From positions 14,989 to 78,988 of the forward strand of contig JBGZIN010000044.1 in NCBI GenBank assembly GCA_041848345.1: a stretch of DNA of 64,000 nucleotides, given 5' to 3'. Shown here one piece after another: positions 53,037 through 62,796 of the stretch. Positions within the stretch are counted from its first letter, which is position 1; every line of letters begins with the position of its first letter. The notes under the pieces were generated by a model, which did no database searches, was not told the origin of the DNA, and saw only the letters and a program-made list of their open reading frames with translations. A program made the translations under genes and the position numbers. Source of the DNA: Porphyromonas sp. GTDB lineage: Bacteria > Bacteroidota > Bacteroidia > Bacteroidales > Porphyromonadaceae.

Positions 53037-54854
53037 ATGCAAATCCGTCATACAGCCGATATTATCCACTTGCTTCAAACGAAGTATCGGAACAACAAAA
53101 TCATCAAACAGTTCAATCCGGAAACCCGAGAATGGGAAAACCTATCGGGCGAAATGGTAGCTGCCAATTGTCTTGCTGCCGCTAAAGGATTGGCTCAGTT
53201 AGATGTCGTACCGGGAGATCGTATAGGGATTTATTCCCCCAACAAAAGCGAGTTCATTTATACCGAAATGGGGATATTTGCCATGCGTGCCGTATCTGTG
53301 CCCATGTATTCCACTTCCTCGCCCGATCAAGTCTTCCAAATAGCAAGTAACGCTTCGGTATCTACCATATTTGTTGGAGAGCAGTATCAGTACAACAATG
53401 CATTTCAAGTACAAAAAGAACTCGGGCAAATAAAAAAGATCATCATATTCGACCGATCTGTGGTCCGTCAATTCGACGACAACACTTCCATATACTTTGA
53501 TGAATTTGTGCGCATGGGAGATTCCATGACTTGCGAAACAAAAGTCAAAGTGCGCATGGGAGAGACTCTTCCGGAGGATTTGGCTGCCCTTATATACACA
53601 AGTGGTACTACGGGACAACCCAAGGGGGTACAAGTACTGCACAAAGCCATAGCCATACAAATAGACAAGCACCATGAAGTATATCCTTCCATTGGGACAA
53701 GTGATACTTCCGTTAATTTCTTACCTCTCAGCCATATCTTCGAAAAAGTATGGGTCTACTTCTGTATGGCACAAGGGGTGCGTACTGCTGTTGTAACCAA
53801 TCCGAAGAAGATACAAGAGGTGATGCCTCAAATCAAACCTACGCTAATGTGCAATGTCCCTCGCTACTGGGAAAAAGTATATCAGGGTGTAGAAACGCAT
53901 ATAAGCAACTCCCCCAAATTCATGGCAAAGATTTACCGCCATGCCATCAAAATTGGGCGTCGCTACCGTTTGGACTATTGGAATCAATTCAAAAATCCGC
54001 CTTTGTTGCTTACTCTTCAGTATCAGTTTTTCTCCAATACGATTTTCTTTTTGCTACGGAGAGCCATAGGATTGCAGCGAGGGCGTTTTTTCCCAACAGC
54101 TGGTTCTTTATTGAGCGATGAGATAAATATATTTCTCCAATCGGTAGGCATTCCCATCATCGTCGGATATGGGCTGTCTGAAACTTGTGCCACTGTATCT
54201 GCCTATATGGAAAGAGGGTTTACAATATCCTCTATCGGAGAGGTATTCAAAGACTTGGAAGTGCGTATCGATCCCGAGACCAATGAAATTCAACTCAAAG
54301 GAGAGACAATAACCCCGGGATATTACCAAAATGAGGAAGCCAATCACGAAGCATTCACCTCCGATGGATGGTTCAGAACGGGCGATGCCGGAAGATTGGA
54401 AGGCTCTACCCTATTCTTCACAGAGAGAATAAAAGATCTTTTCAAAACCGCTAACGGAAAGTATATTGCCCCTCAACAAATCGAAAACTTACTCACGTCC
54501 AATCCTCTGTTCGAGCAGGTGGCGATCATTGCCGATGAGCGCAAATTTGTATCGGCTCTAATCTATCCTAATTGGGGCTTACTCAAAAATATCTGTCGAG
54601 AAAGAAGTATCATAAAAGGAGACCCTTCCATAGAGGAAATGCAAACGAATGAGGCAGTGCAAAACACTGTAATGGCAGCTATCGAACAACTGCAAGCCGG
54701 ACTTGCCACATTCGAGAAGATTAAACGCATAGCCCTACTTTCAGAGGGATTTTCCGCAGAGAAAAAAGAATTGACCCCCACTCTTAAATTAAAGCGCAAG
54801 GTCATTCAAGCAAACTATGCGAAAGAAATTGAGCAAATGTATGCAGAAAAATAA
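53037..54854 (+). CDS. Long-chain-fatty-acid--CoA ligase (AMP-dependent)
   Basis: IYTSGTTGQPKG, LPLSHIFE, GYGLSET, FRTGDAG and TPTLKLKR. Confidence 0.92.
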   Translation: MQIRHTADIIHLLQTKYRNNKIIKQFNPETREWENLSGEMVAANCLAAAKGLAQLDVVPGDRIGIYSPNKSEFIYTEMGIFAMRAVSVPMYSTSSPDQVFQIASNASVSTIFVGEQYQYNNAFQVQKELGQIKKIIIFDRSVVRQFDDNTSIYFDEFVRMGDSMTCETKVKVRMGETLPEDLAALIYTSGTTGQPKGVQVLHKAIAIQIDKHHEVYPSIGTSDTSVNFLPLSHIFEKVWVYFCMAQGVRTAVVTNPKKIQEVMPQIKPTLMCNVPRYWEKVYQGVETHISNSPKFMAKIYRHAIKIGRRYRLDYWNQFKNPPLLLTLQYQFFSNTIFFLLRRAIGLQRGRFFPTAGSLLSDEINIFLQSVGIPIIVGYGLSETCATVSAYMERGFTISSIGEVFKDLEVRIDPETNEIQLKGETITPGYYQNEEANHEAFTSDGWFRTGDAGRLEGSTLFFTERIKDLFKTANGKYIAPQQIENLLTSNPLFEQVAIIADERKFVSALIYPNWGLLKNICRERSIIKGDPSIEEMQTNEAVQNTVMAAIEQLQAGLATFEKIKRIALLSEGFSAEKKELTPTLKLKRKVIQANYAKEIEQMYAEK

Positions 54855-54911
54855 TCCCTTCTAATGGGGATAAAGCATTATAAACAAAGCGATAGTTAAA
54901 CAAGAAGTATA

Positions 54912-56031
54912 ATGATTACAACAGACCAACTTAACAACTTGTTGGAGCGCACGGAAGCGCTGAGGGGGTATCTTTGACGTCGATAACAGACGTATCCAAT
55001 TAGAAGAAGAAGAGTTAAAAACTCAAGCCCCCGATTTTTGGGAAGACAACAAAAGGGCTGAAACCCAGATGCGTAAGGTAAAGGAAATCCGTCGCTGGAT
55101 AGAAGCCTACGAAGCTGTCGTTTCTGCTGTCGAAGAGTTGCGCCTATCCTTTGAATTTTTCAAGGAGGGAGTTGCCGAAGAAAACGAGGTAGAACAAGCC
55201 TACGAGACAGCTCTTTCTCTCATTGAAGATACCGAGCTTCGTAATATGCTCCGAGCTGAAGAAGATCACTTGGGTGCTGTACTAAAAGTGAATGCCGGGG
55301 CAGGAGGAACAGAAAGTCAGGATTGGGCTTCAATGTTGGTTCGCCTCTATCAACGATGGGGTGAAAAGCATGACTACAAAGTGACCATTACCAACTGGCA
55401 AGATGGTGATGAAGCAGGTATCAAAACCGTCACCATGCAGCTGGAAGGTGATTTGGCATACGGGTTTCTAAAAAGTGAAAATGGAGTACATCGCCTCGTA
55501 CGTGTGTCTCCCTACAATGCTCAGGGAAAACGCATGACATCCTTTGCCTCTGTTTTTGTGGTACCCTTGGTGGATGACTCCATCGAAATAGAAGTAAATC
55601 CGGCGAACTTGAGTTGGGATACCTTCCGTTCAAGTGGTGCCGGGGGGCAAAATGTGAACAAGGTAGAGACCGGTGTGCGTCTGCATTATCAGTTCAAAGA
55701 TCCCGACACGGGTGAGGAAAGAGAGATTGTCATTGAGAACACAGAAAGTCGTTCTCAGTTGGACAATAGAGAAAATGCGTTGCGTTTGCTACGATCTCAA
55801 CTCTACGATATTGAGCTTGAGAAACGCAGAGCTGCCCAAGCAAAAGTAGAAGCAGGCAAGAAAAAAATCGAATGGGGCTCGCAAATAAGAAGCTATGTAT
55901 TCGATGACCGACGCGTAAAAGACCATCGAACCAACTATCAAACATCCAATGTCAATGCCGTTATGGATGGTGACATAGATGAGTTCATTAAAGCTTATCT
56001 CATGGAGTTTGGTGGAGAAACTGTGGATTAA
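54912..56031 (+). CDS. prfB: Peptide chain release factor 2, expressed by a programmed +1 frameshift
   Basis: ATG 54912, 21 codons, CTT-TGA-C at 54972-54978, then the frame continues (DVDNRRIQLEEEE..DFW); SPY, GAGGQ and WGSQIRSY. Confidence 0.97.
54963..54978 (+). promoter_or_regulatory. prfB +1 frameshift cassette (internal SD + slippery CTT-TGA-C)
   Basis: AGGGGG-TAT-CTTTGAC, the canonical RF2 autoregulatory signal. Confidence 0.95.
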
Positions 56032-56040
56032 ACCTCTTTC

Positions 56041-57879
56041 ATGATTGTTTGTATTGCAGAAAAACCTTCTGTCGCTCGTGAAATAGCTCGCGTATTGGGG
56101 GCTACCACACAGCGGCAGGGGTATATAGAAGGCAATGGTTATTGCGTTACATGGACTTTGGGGCATTTGTGCACCCTCAAAGAGCCTGACGACTATACAC
56201 CACTTTGGAAAAGGTGGAGCTTAGGCGAATTGCCTCTTATCCCTCCTCGATTTGGTATAAAGCTCATTGACGACCCCGGTTACCAACGACAGTTTGAGAC
56301 AATCAAACAGTTGGTAGAGAAGGCATCAATGGTTATCAATTGTGGTGATGCCGGACAAGAAGGAGAACTTATTCAACAATGGGTTCTCTCCAAAGCCCTA
56401 TGTAAATGCCCCATAAAAAGATTGTGGGTTTCCTCTCTTACAGACGAAGCATTGAAAGAAGGTTTTGAATCCCTTCGAGACAACGATGACATGCGCCCGC
56501 TTTATGAAGCGGGTTTGGCACGTGCCATAGGAGATTGGCTGTTAGGCATCAACGGGACACGTCTATACACACTGCGTCACGGACAGCGAGGGCAAGTATT
56601 ATCCATTGGCAGAGTACAAACACCCACATTAGCTCTGTTGGTGGAGCGCCAACAACAAATAGAGGGTTTTCAATCATCCACCAGTTTTGAATTGCAAACA
56701 ATCTATCGAGGCACAACATTTCGGCAAACAGAGGATGCTTTTCCGGACCGACATAGAGCGGAAGTTCTATTAGAGCAGATCAAAGACAAACCGATTGAAA
56801 TTGTAGACATTACCCAAACAAATGGTAAGGAGCTTCCCCCTCGGCTTTTTGACTTAACCTCTCTACAAGTGGAAGCCAACAAACGATTTGGTATGACCGC
56901 CGAAGTTACGCTGCAAGTAATTCAGTCTTTATACGAAAAAAAGATTACTTCTTACCCTCGCGTAGACACCACCTATCTACCGGATGATATCTATCCCAAG
57001 GTTCCGAAAATTCTCAATGGACTAAAGGATTACATCCTATTTACTACCCCTCTATTGGAGCAAAAGACACTGAAAAAGAGTAAGAAAGTATTCGACAATA
57101 AAAAGATTACAGACCACCACGCCATAATCCCCACAGGGGCTCCGATACCACAGTTGAGCGAACTCGAGAAAAGGATATTCGATCTCGTAGTTCGTCGCTT
57201 CATAGCCGCATTCTATCCCGATGCCCAAACGGTAACAACCACAGTTATAGCCCATATTGATGGACTGGAATTCAAAGCTACCGGGAAAGAATTGTTGGAA
57301 CAAGGTTGGCGCACAGTGCTACACCCTATCAAGGAAGAAAACTCTACAAATACCTCCACAGAGAACAAAGACTCTGAAAACATTTCAGAAGAAAGCAAAG
57401 ATGCTGACACTGCTCTACTCCATCTCAAAAAAGGAGAGCGTGGTGCACACACAGCTTCTATTCGCGAAAAAACAACAGAACCTCCCAAATACTTCACCGA
57501 AGCAACTCTCCTTAGAGCCATGGAAACTGCGGGGAAATTGGTGGAAGATGAAAATCTTCGAGAGGCTCTCAAGCAGAATGGAATAGGACGTCCATCCACT
57601 CGAGCTGCCATCATTGAAACACTATTCAAGCGTAATTACATCCGCCGAGAAAAAAACTCACTTCGGGCTACCGAAACAGGTATCCAGCTTATAGCCTCCA
57701 TACAAGATCCGCTTCTGAAAAGTGCCGAACTTACCGGTATTTGGGAATATAAACTAAGGCAGATAGAACGAAAGGAATACGAAGCTGCCACATTTTTGGA
57801 AGAATTGAAAGAACTGGTAAAGAATTTGGTCTCCTCGGTTCGCTCCTATCACCCTCAACCTTCGATGCATAAAGAGTAG
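56041..57879 (+). CDS. topB: DNA topoisomerase III (type IA)
   Basis: CIAEKPSVAREIA, CGDAGQEGE, SIGRVQTPT, SYPRVD, DHHAIIP and GIGRPSTRA. Confidence 0.92.
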   Translation: MIVCIAEKPSVAREIARVLGATTQRQGYIEGNGYCVTWTLGHLCTLKEPDDYTPLWKRWSLGELPLIPPRFGIKLIDDPGYQRQFETIKQLVEKASMVINCGDAGQEGELIQQWVLSKALCKCPIKRLWVSSLTDEALKEGFESLRDNDDMRPLYEAGLARAIGDWLLGINGTRLYTLRHGQRGQVLSIGRVQTPTLALLVERQQQIEGFQSSTSFELQTIYRGTTFRQTEDAFPDRHRAEVLLEQIKDKPIEIVDITQTNGKELPPRLFDLTSLQVEANKRFGMTAEVTLQVIQSLYEKKITSYPRVDTTYLPDDIYPKVPKILNGLKDYILFTTPLLEQKTLKKSKKVFDNKKITDHHAIIPTGAPIPQLSELEKRIFDLVVRRFIAAFYPDAQTVTTTVIAHIDGLEFKATGKELLEQGWRTVLHPIKEENSTNTSTENKDSENISEESKDADTALLHLKKGERGAHTASIREKTTEPPKYFTEATLLRAMETAGKLVEDENLREALKQNGIGRPSTRAAIIETLFKRNYIRREKNSLRATETGIQLIASIQDPLLKSAELTGIWEYKLRQIERKEYEAATFLEELKELVKNLVSSVRSYHPQPSMHKE

Positions 57880-58078
57880 AAAAAGTATCGAGTGCCTCTT
57901 TTGTCTGCTTTTGGATATTTACATCAACCGCAATATACTCAAGGCTCCATTGTGAATAAATTTTTCCACCAATCTTTTCACAAATCGTCTTCTTGTAAGT
58001 AAAAACTTCGCATTTGACTACATAAGTCTACTCAAAAACACGATGAAAACATCTGTTGTTTGAACATGAAGAATGTGT

Positions 58079-58088
58079 TACCTTTGGC
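58079..58088 (+). promoter_or_regulatory. -7 promoter element (TACCTTTGGC)
   Basis: TAnnTTTG about 22 nt before ATG 58111; argues against the 58060 start. Confidence 0.6.
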
Positions 58089-58110
58089 AAAGAAGCAAAA
58101 CAAAATAATT

Positions 58111-59466
58111 ATGACCATAAAAGAATATATTCAGACCAATGAAGAGAGATTTTTAGAAGACCTCTTTGAAATCATCCGCATTCCCAGCATCAGTTCTAAA
58201 TCGGAACACAAGCCGGATATGCTACGCATGGCTGAACATTGGTGCCAATATCTTAAAAAGATGGGCATGACACGCTCGGAAGTTTACCCCACTGCCGGTA
58301 ATCCGGTTGTGTATGCAGAAAGAATTATAGACCCTGCGGCAAAAACTATTCTCATCTACGGACACTACGACGTAATGCCGGTAGAACCTTTGGACTTGTG
58401 GAAGAGCGATCCTTTTGAACCCGTTGTACGTGATGGACATATTTGGGCACGTGGAGCCGATGATGACAAGGGACAATCCATGATACAAATGGCAGGATTG
58501 CAAACAGCCTTGGCTCTTGATTTGGTTCGTTGTAATGTGAAAATTATATTTGAAGGTGAGGAAGAGATTGGGTCTACCCACTTAGGAGCTTTCTGCCAAG
58601 AATACAAAGAAATGCTCAAAGCCGATGCCATATTGGTCTCCGATACCAGCATGGTTAGTCGAGAAACGCCCACTTTGACCACCGGGTTAAGAGGTTTGGC
58701 ATATTGGGAGATAGAGGTAACCGGTCCCAATAGAGATCTACATTCAGGTCACTTTGGAGGGGCTGTTGCCAATCCCATCAACGAACTCTCTAAAATTTTA
58801 GCGCAAATGGTAGATGCCAATGGGCGCATCACCATTCCCCATTTCTACGATGATATAGTCCCTCTCTCTACCGAAGAACGAGAGATGATTGCTCAAATAC
58901 CTTTCTCCGAAGAGAAATACAAAAAAGCCATCGATGTCGATGCCCTATTCGGAGAAGAAGGTTACAGTACCTTGGAGCGTAATAGCTGCCGCCCCAGCTT
59001 TGACGTTTGTGGCATTTGGGGTGGATACACCGGAGAGGGGGCAAAGACTGTACTCCCGTCTAAAGCCTATGCCAAAGTTTCTACCCGCTTGGTTGCTAAT
59101 CAAGATCATGCTAAAATCTCACAATTGTTTATTGACTATGTACAACAAATAGCTCCGCCTTACATCCGCGTCAAGGTTACTCCCATGCACGGTGGTGAAG
59201 CTTATCTGTGTCCCATAGATTTGCCTGCCTATAAAGCAGCTGAACAAGCGTGTAGCGTTGCCTTTGGCAAGCGTCCTTTGGCTATTCGTAGAGGGGGGAG
59301 TATCCCTATTATAGCCCAATTTGAAAAAATACTCGGTGTGAAGAGCGTACTCATGGGCTTTGGTTTGGAGAGCAACGCCATTCACTCTCCCAATGAAAAC
59401 TTTCCGTTGGATCTCTTCCGTATCGGTATAGAGGCAGCAGCGGAGTTTTATCGCTTCTATCGTTAA
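58111..59466 (+). CDS. M20 family dipeptidase (start moved to ATG 58111)
   Basis: YGHYDV, RGADDDKGQ, EGEEE, DLHSG, GGSIPI and HSPNE. Confidence 0.92.
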   Translation: MTIKEYIQTNEERFLEDLFEIIRIPSISSKSEHKPDMLRMAEHWCQYLKKMGMTRSEVYPTAGNPVVYAERIIDPAAKTILIYGHYDVMPVEPLDLWKSDPFEPVVRDGHIWARGADDDKGQSMIQMAGLQTALALDLVRCNVKIIFEGEEEIGSTHLGAFCQEYKEMLKADAILVSDTSMVSRETPTLTTGLRGLAYWEIEVTGPNRDLHSGHFGGAVANPINELSKILAQMVDANGRITIPHFYDDIVPLSTEEREMIAQIPFSEEKYKKAIDVDALFGEEGYSTLERNSCRPSFDVCGIWGGYTGEGAKTVLPSKAYAKVSTRLVANQDHAKISQLFIDYVQQIAPPYIRVKVTPMHGGEAYLCPIDLPAYKAAEQACSVAFGKRPLAIRRGGSIPIIAQFEKILGVKSVLMGFGLESNAIHSPNENFPLDLFRIGIEAAAEFYRFYR

Positions 59467-59470
59467 ACCC

Positions 59471-60751
59471 ATGAAACCTATCTTAATCTCCGGAGCGTTG
59501 ATTAACGGAATAATTCAAGACCTTCTTATCGAAGGAAATAGAATTGTTCGCATTGCTCCATTCATTCCTCAGAACGAGGGTTTTGATATATTGGAAGGAT
59601 CGCATAGAGTTGTTGTCCCCGGTATGGCAAATACTCATACCCATGCCGCAATGACTCTCTTCAGGGGATATGGAGACGATCTCCCTCTCATGCCTTGGTT
59701 GGAAGAGTATATTTGGCCTGTGGAAGCACACATGACAGAAGAGGATATTTACTGGGGGGTACGATTGGCTTGTATTGAAATGATTCGTACAGGGACAACC
59801 GCTTTTCTGGACATGTATGCTTCTCCTTTGGCTACTGCAAGAGCCGCCGAAGATTCGGGAATCAGAGCGGTGGTGGGTTATACTCTTTTTGATAGGGGAG
59901 ATACCTCAAGAGCTCAAGCAGATCGGGAGAATTGCCATAAGTTTCGCAAAGATTTTGAGCAGTTTTCAGATCGTATTGTCTATTCAATAGCCCCCCATGC
60001 CATCTATACGGTCAGTGGCGAGCAACTCCGATTTTGCCGAGATTTTGCCGATGAAACGGGCGTGTTGGTACACCTGCACTTATCAGAAACACAAACGGAA
60101 GTTGCCGACTCCATACGCAACTATGGACTACGCCCGGCTGAATATCTTCGTAAAATAGAAGCTCTCAGCGATCGATTTGTCTTGGCACACAGCCTTTGGT
60201 TGGAGGATAATGAATTGGACATCATAGCCCAATCCGGTGCTGCAACAGTACACAACCCAGCGTCCAACATGAAATTGGCATCGGGATCTGCTTTCCGTTT
60301 CGAGGAGATGAAACAGCGAGGCATACGTGTGGGAATAGGAACAGATGGGTGCTCTTCTTCCAACAACTTAGACATGTTCATTGCCATGCGTATGGCGGCT
60401 TTATTGGGCAAAGTATGGCGATTTGATTCCACGGCAACTTCTGCGCCGGATATATATCGTTCGGCAACCGAAACAGGATACAACATATTGGGGTTTGAAG
60501 GGGGCGTTATCCAAGAAGGAGCATTGGCAGACCTGTGCCTGCTCAAGACGAACGTTTCCACCATGGTACCAATGCACAATTTGACTTCCAACTTAGTCTA
60601 CTCTGCCTATGGTTCCGTTGTAGATACAACTATTGTAAATGGACATATATTGATGCGTGAAGGTGTAATCCCCGGCGAAGAAGAAGTGCTCATGAAAGCA
60701 GCCCAAAGAGCATACAATTTAATTGACCGATATGGCGTAAAACAAAAATGA
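59471..60751 (+). CDS. mtaD: Amidohydrolase, MTA/SAH (or 5'-deoxyadenosine) deaminase-like
   Basis: [43 protein letters not shown] and GTDG. Confidence 0.72.
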   Translation: MKPILISGALINGIIQDLLIEGNRIVRIAPFIPQNEGFDILEGSHRVVVPGMANTHTHAAMTLFRGYGDDLPLMPWLEEYIWPVEAHMTEEDIYWGVRLACIEMIRTGTTAFLDMYASPLATARAAEDSGIRAVVGYTLFDRGDTSRAQADRENCHKFRKDFEQFSDRIVYSIAPHAIYTVSGEQLRFCRDFADETGVLVHLHLSETQTEVADSIRNYGLRPAEYLRKIEALSDRFVLAHSLWLEDNELDIIAQSGAATVHNPASNMKLASGSAFRFEEMKQRGIRVGIGTDGCSSSNNLDMFIAMRMAALLGKVWRFDSTATSAPDIYRSATETGYNILGFEGGVIQEGALADLCLLKTNVSTMVPMHNLTSNLVYSAYGSVVDTTIVNGHILMREGVIPGEEEVLMKAAQRAYNLIDRYGVKQK

Positions 60752-61581
60752 AAACTATGGATATAAAAACGTATCAAGAGTCTGCAGATTTTCTCAAAAA
60801 AAGGCTCCCTTTTCCTGCGAAAATAGGGATTATATTGGGAAGTGGTTTAGGAACATTAGCCGATAAAATTGAAGACGCAACGATTACTCCTTACAATGAA
60901 ATCCCTCACTTTGCTCATTCCACTGCAATCGGACATAAAGGAAATTTCATTTGTGGGAAACTTGCCAACGTACCTGTAATAGCCATGCAGGGACGCTTCC
61001 ATTACTACGAGGGCTACTCCATGGAGCAAGTGACATTCCCCGTGCGCGTGATGAAACTAATCGGAGTGGAAACTCTTTTTGTTTCCAATGCCGCAGGAGG
61101 CATTAACAACACGTTCCACGTGGGAGATCTGATGATCATTCGAGATCACATAAACAATCTTCCCAATCCATTGATCGGTCCCAACAAAGAGGAGTTTGGA
61201 GTGCGTTTCCCCGATATGACCCGTGCTTATGACCGAGAACTCATAGCCATGGCTGAACGCATTGCGGCTGAGGAAAAGATTGAATTAAAGAAGGGGGTTT
61301 ATGTGGGGCTTACCGGTCCCTCCTACGAAACTCCCGCTGAATATAGGTTCTATCAATTGGGTGGTGGTGATGCTATCGGCATGAGCACAGTACCCGAAGT
61401 TATAGTGGCACGCCATGCCGGTATAAGAGTGTTCGGGATGTCTGTGATAACCAATGAGGGGTGGCATTTTGAAGGTGATTATACCAACGATGCTCAGGAA
61501 GTTATAGATGCTGCAAACAAAGCATCTGAAAAAATGGGACGGATATTCTCTCGTCTTATAGCAACAATAGCTTCTGCCTAA
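60748..61581 (+). CDS. punA: Trimeric purine-nucleoside phosphorylase
   Basis: [37 protein letters not shown] and ITN; ATGA overlap with the upstream gene. Confidence 0.92.
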   Translation: MKTMDIKTYQESADFLKKRLPFPAKIGIILGSGLGTLADKIEDATITPYNEIPHFAHSTAIGHKGNFICGKLANVPVIAMQGRFHYYEGYSMEQVTFPVRVMKLIGVETLFVSNAAGGINNTFHVGDLMIIRDHINNLPNPLIGPNKEEFGVRFPDMTRAYDRELIAMAERIAAEEKIELKKGVYVGLTGPSYETPAEYRFYQLGGGDAIGMSTVPEVIVARHAGIRVFGMSVITNEGWHFEGDYTNDAQEVIDAANKASEKMGRIFSRLIATIASA

Positions 61582-61617
61582 TTCATTCGAGATCAAACTA
61601 TTGCAAATTGCAATTTT

Positions 61618-62316
61618 ATGACAGAAGCTATCACCCCTTCCTCCCCCCCTTCTATTTCTCAAGAGGAACAAGATATCCTGCGCCGGCTAAGGCAAAGGAT
61701 ACGTGCCCGAATGGATGGGGTTATGGCATCTTCCATGCGAGAAAAAGGGATTGATTATGAGTATAACTTTGGGCTTTCAATACCGCATATAAGGGAATTG
61801 GCACACGGACTGCCCTCAACGCTTTCTTTTGCCGAACATCTTCTTGCCACTCGTTCGAGAGAATTAAAGATATTGGGGTTGATTATCTATCCGAGTAAAT
61901 CCTTGACCTTGAGCCGAGCCGTATCCTTATTTCAAGAACTAACCACTCAAGAACTAAAGGATATATATGCTCATCATCTCCTAAGCTCTTTAGCGTGCAA
62001 ATCGCCTATTTGGGGCATTCTTTGGGCAGAAAAAGAGAATCGCAGCTTTGTTATCATGGCACTTTCTCGCAAAATACTTTTACAAAAACCCTTAGACAAG
62101 GAGTTTGTAGAGTGTGTTTTGCTCGATATTACAGCTTCGGAAAATATACAAACACCATTCAATCCTGCAGAACTTTCTTTTTTGGAACGCCTTGCTCGCC
62201 ATCCTTCATTCGCTTCATCCTTCGAAAAGCTCATCGAGCAATGGCAAAAAAGCAATTCTCTCAAGCTGCAAAACCTTGCCGCCTATCTTTCAGATGCCCG
62301 ATCTCTATTCGAATGA
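61618..62316 (+). CDS. DNA alkylation repair (AlkD-like HEAT-repeat) protein
   Basis: MDGVMASSMREKGIDY..NFG.SIP.IRE and RE.KILG motifs typical of Bacteroidales AlkD-like proteins. Confidence 0.7.
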   Translation: MTEAITPSSPPSISQEEQDILRRLRQRIRARMDGVMASSMREKGIDYEYNFGLSIPHIRELAHGLPSTLSFAEHLLATRSRELKILGLIIYPSKSLTLSRAVSLFQELTTQELKDIYAHHLLSSLACKSPIWGILWAEKENRSFVIMALSRKILLQKPLDKEFVECVLLDITASENIQTPFNPAELSFLERLARHPSFASSFEKLIEQWQKSNSLKLQNLAAYLSDARSLFE

Positions 62317-62410
62317 AGAAAATGCCTAAATCGAATAACGCTATACCACCCCATATTTTAATTTCACAGAATATATCTGTCTGTCCATCATATTTTAGAG
62401 AATCGAGGTT

Positions 62411-62776
62411 ATGTTTCTGAACAAAGTTATCCTTGTTGGCTACGTGGGAGGCGACCCTGAAATCCGTTATATCAAAGAAAATATGGCAACAGCTACGTTT
62501 TCTTTGGCAACAACGCAACCAAGCTATCGGCTGCGCAATGGGGGCATGAGCCCGGAACATACCGATTGGCATCGCATCACAACTTATGGAGAGCAAGCTC
62601 TTTTTTGCGAGAAATTTGTACGCAAAGGGCATCTCATCATGGTGGAAGGACGTATAAGCTACCGTAAATATGCCGACAAAAACAATACGATGCACTCCAT
62701 TACCGAAATAATCGCCGAGCGGGTGGGCTACGTGGGCAATCATCCTCACGAACAGAATAAGAATATCAATCGTTAA
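62411..62776 (+). CDS. ssb: Single-stranded DNA-binding protein (OB fold only, no acidic tail)
   Basis: LNKVILVGYVGGDPE, FSLATT, TDWH, KGHLIMVEGRI and TEI. Confidence 0.92.
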   Translation: MFLNKVILVGYVGGDPEIRYIKENMATATFSLATTQPSYRLRNGGMSPEHTDWHRITTYGEQALFCEKFVRKGHLIMVEGRISYRKYADKNNTMHSITEIIAERVGYVGNHPHEQNKNINR

Positions 62777-62796
62777 TTCATAAGTATATCATCTTG

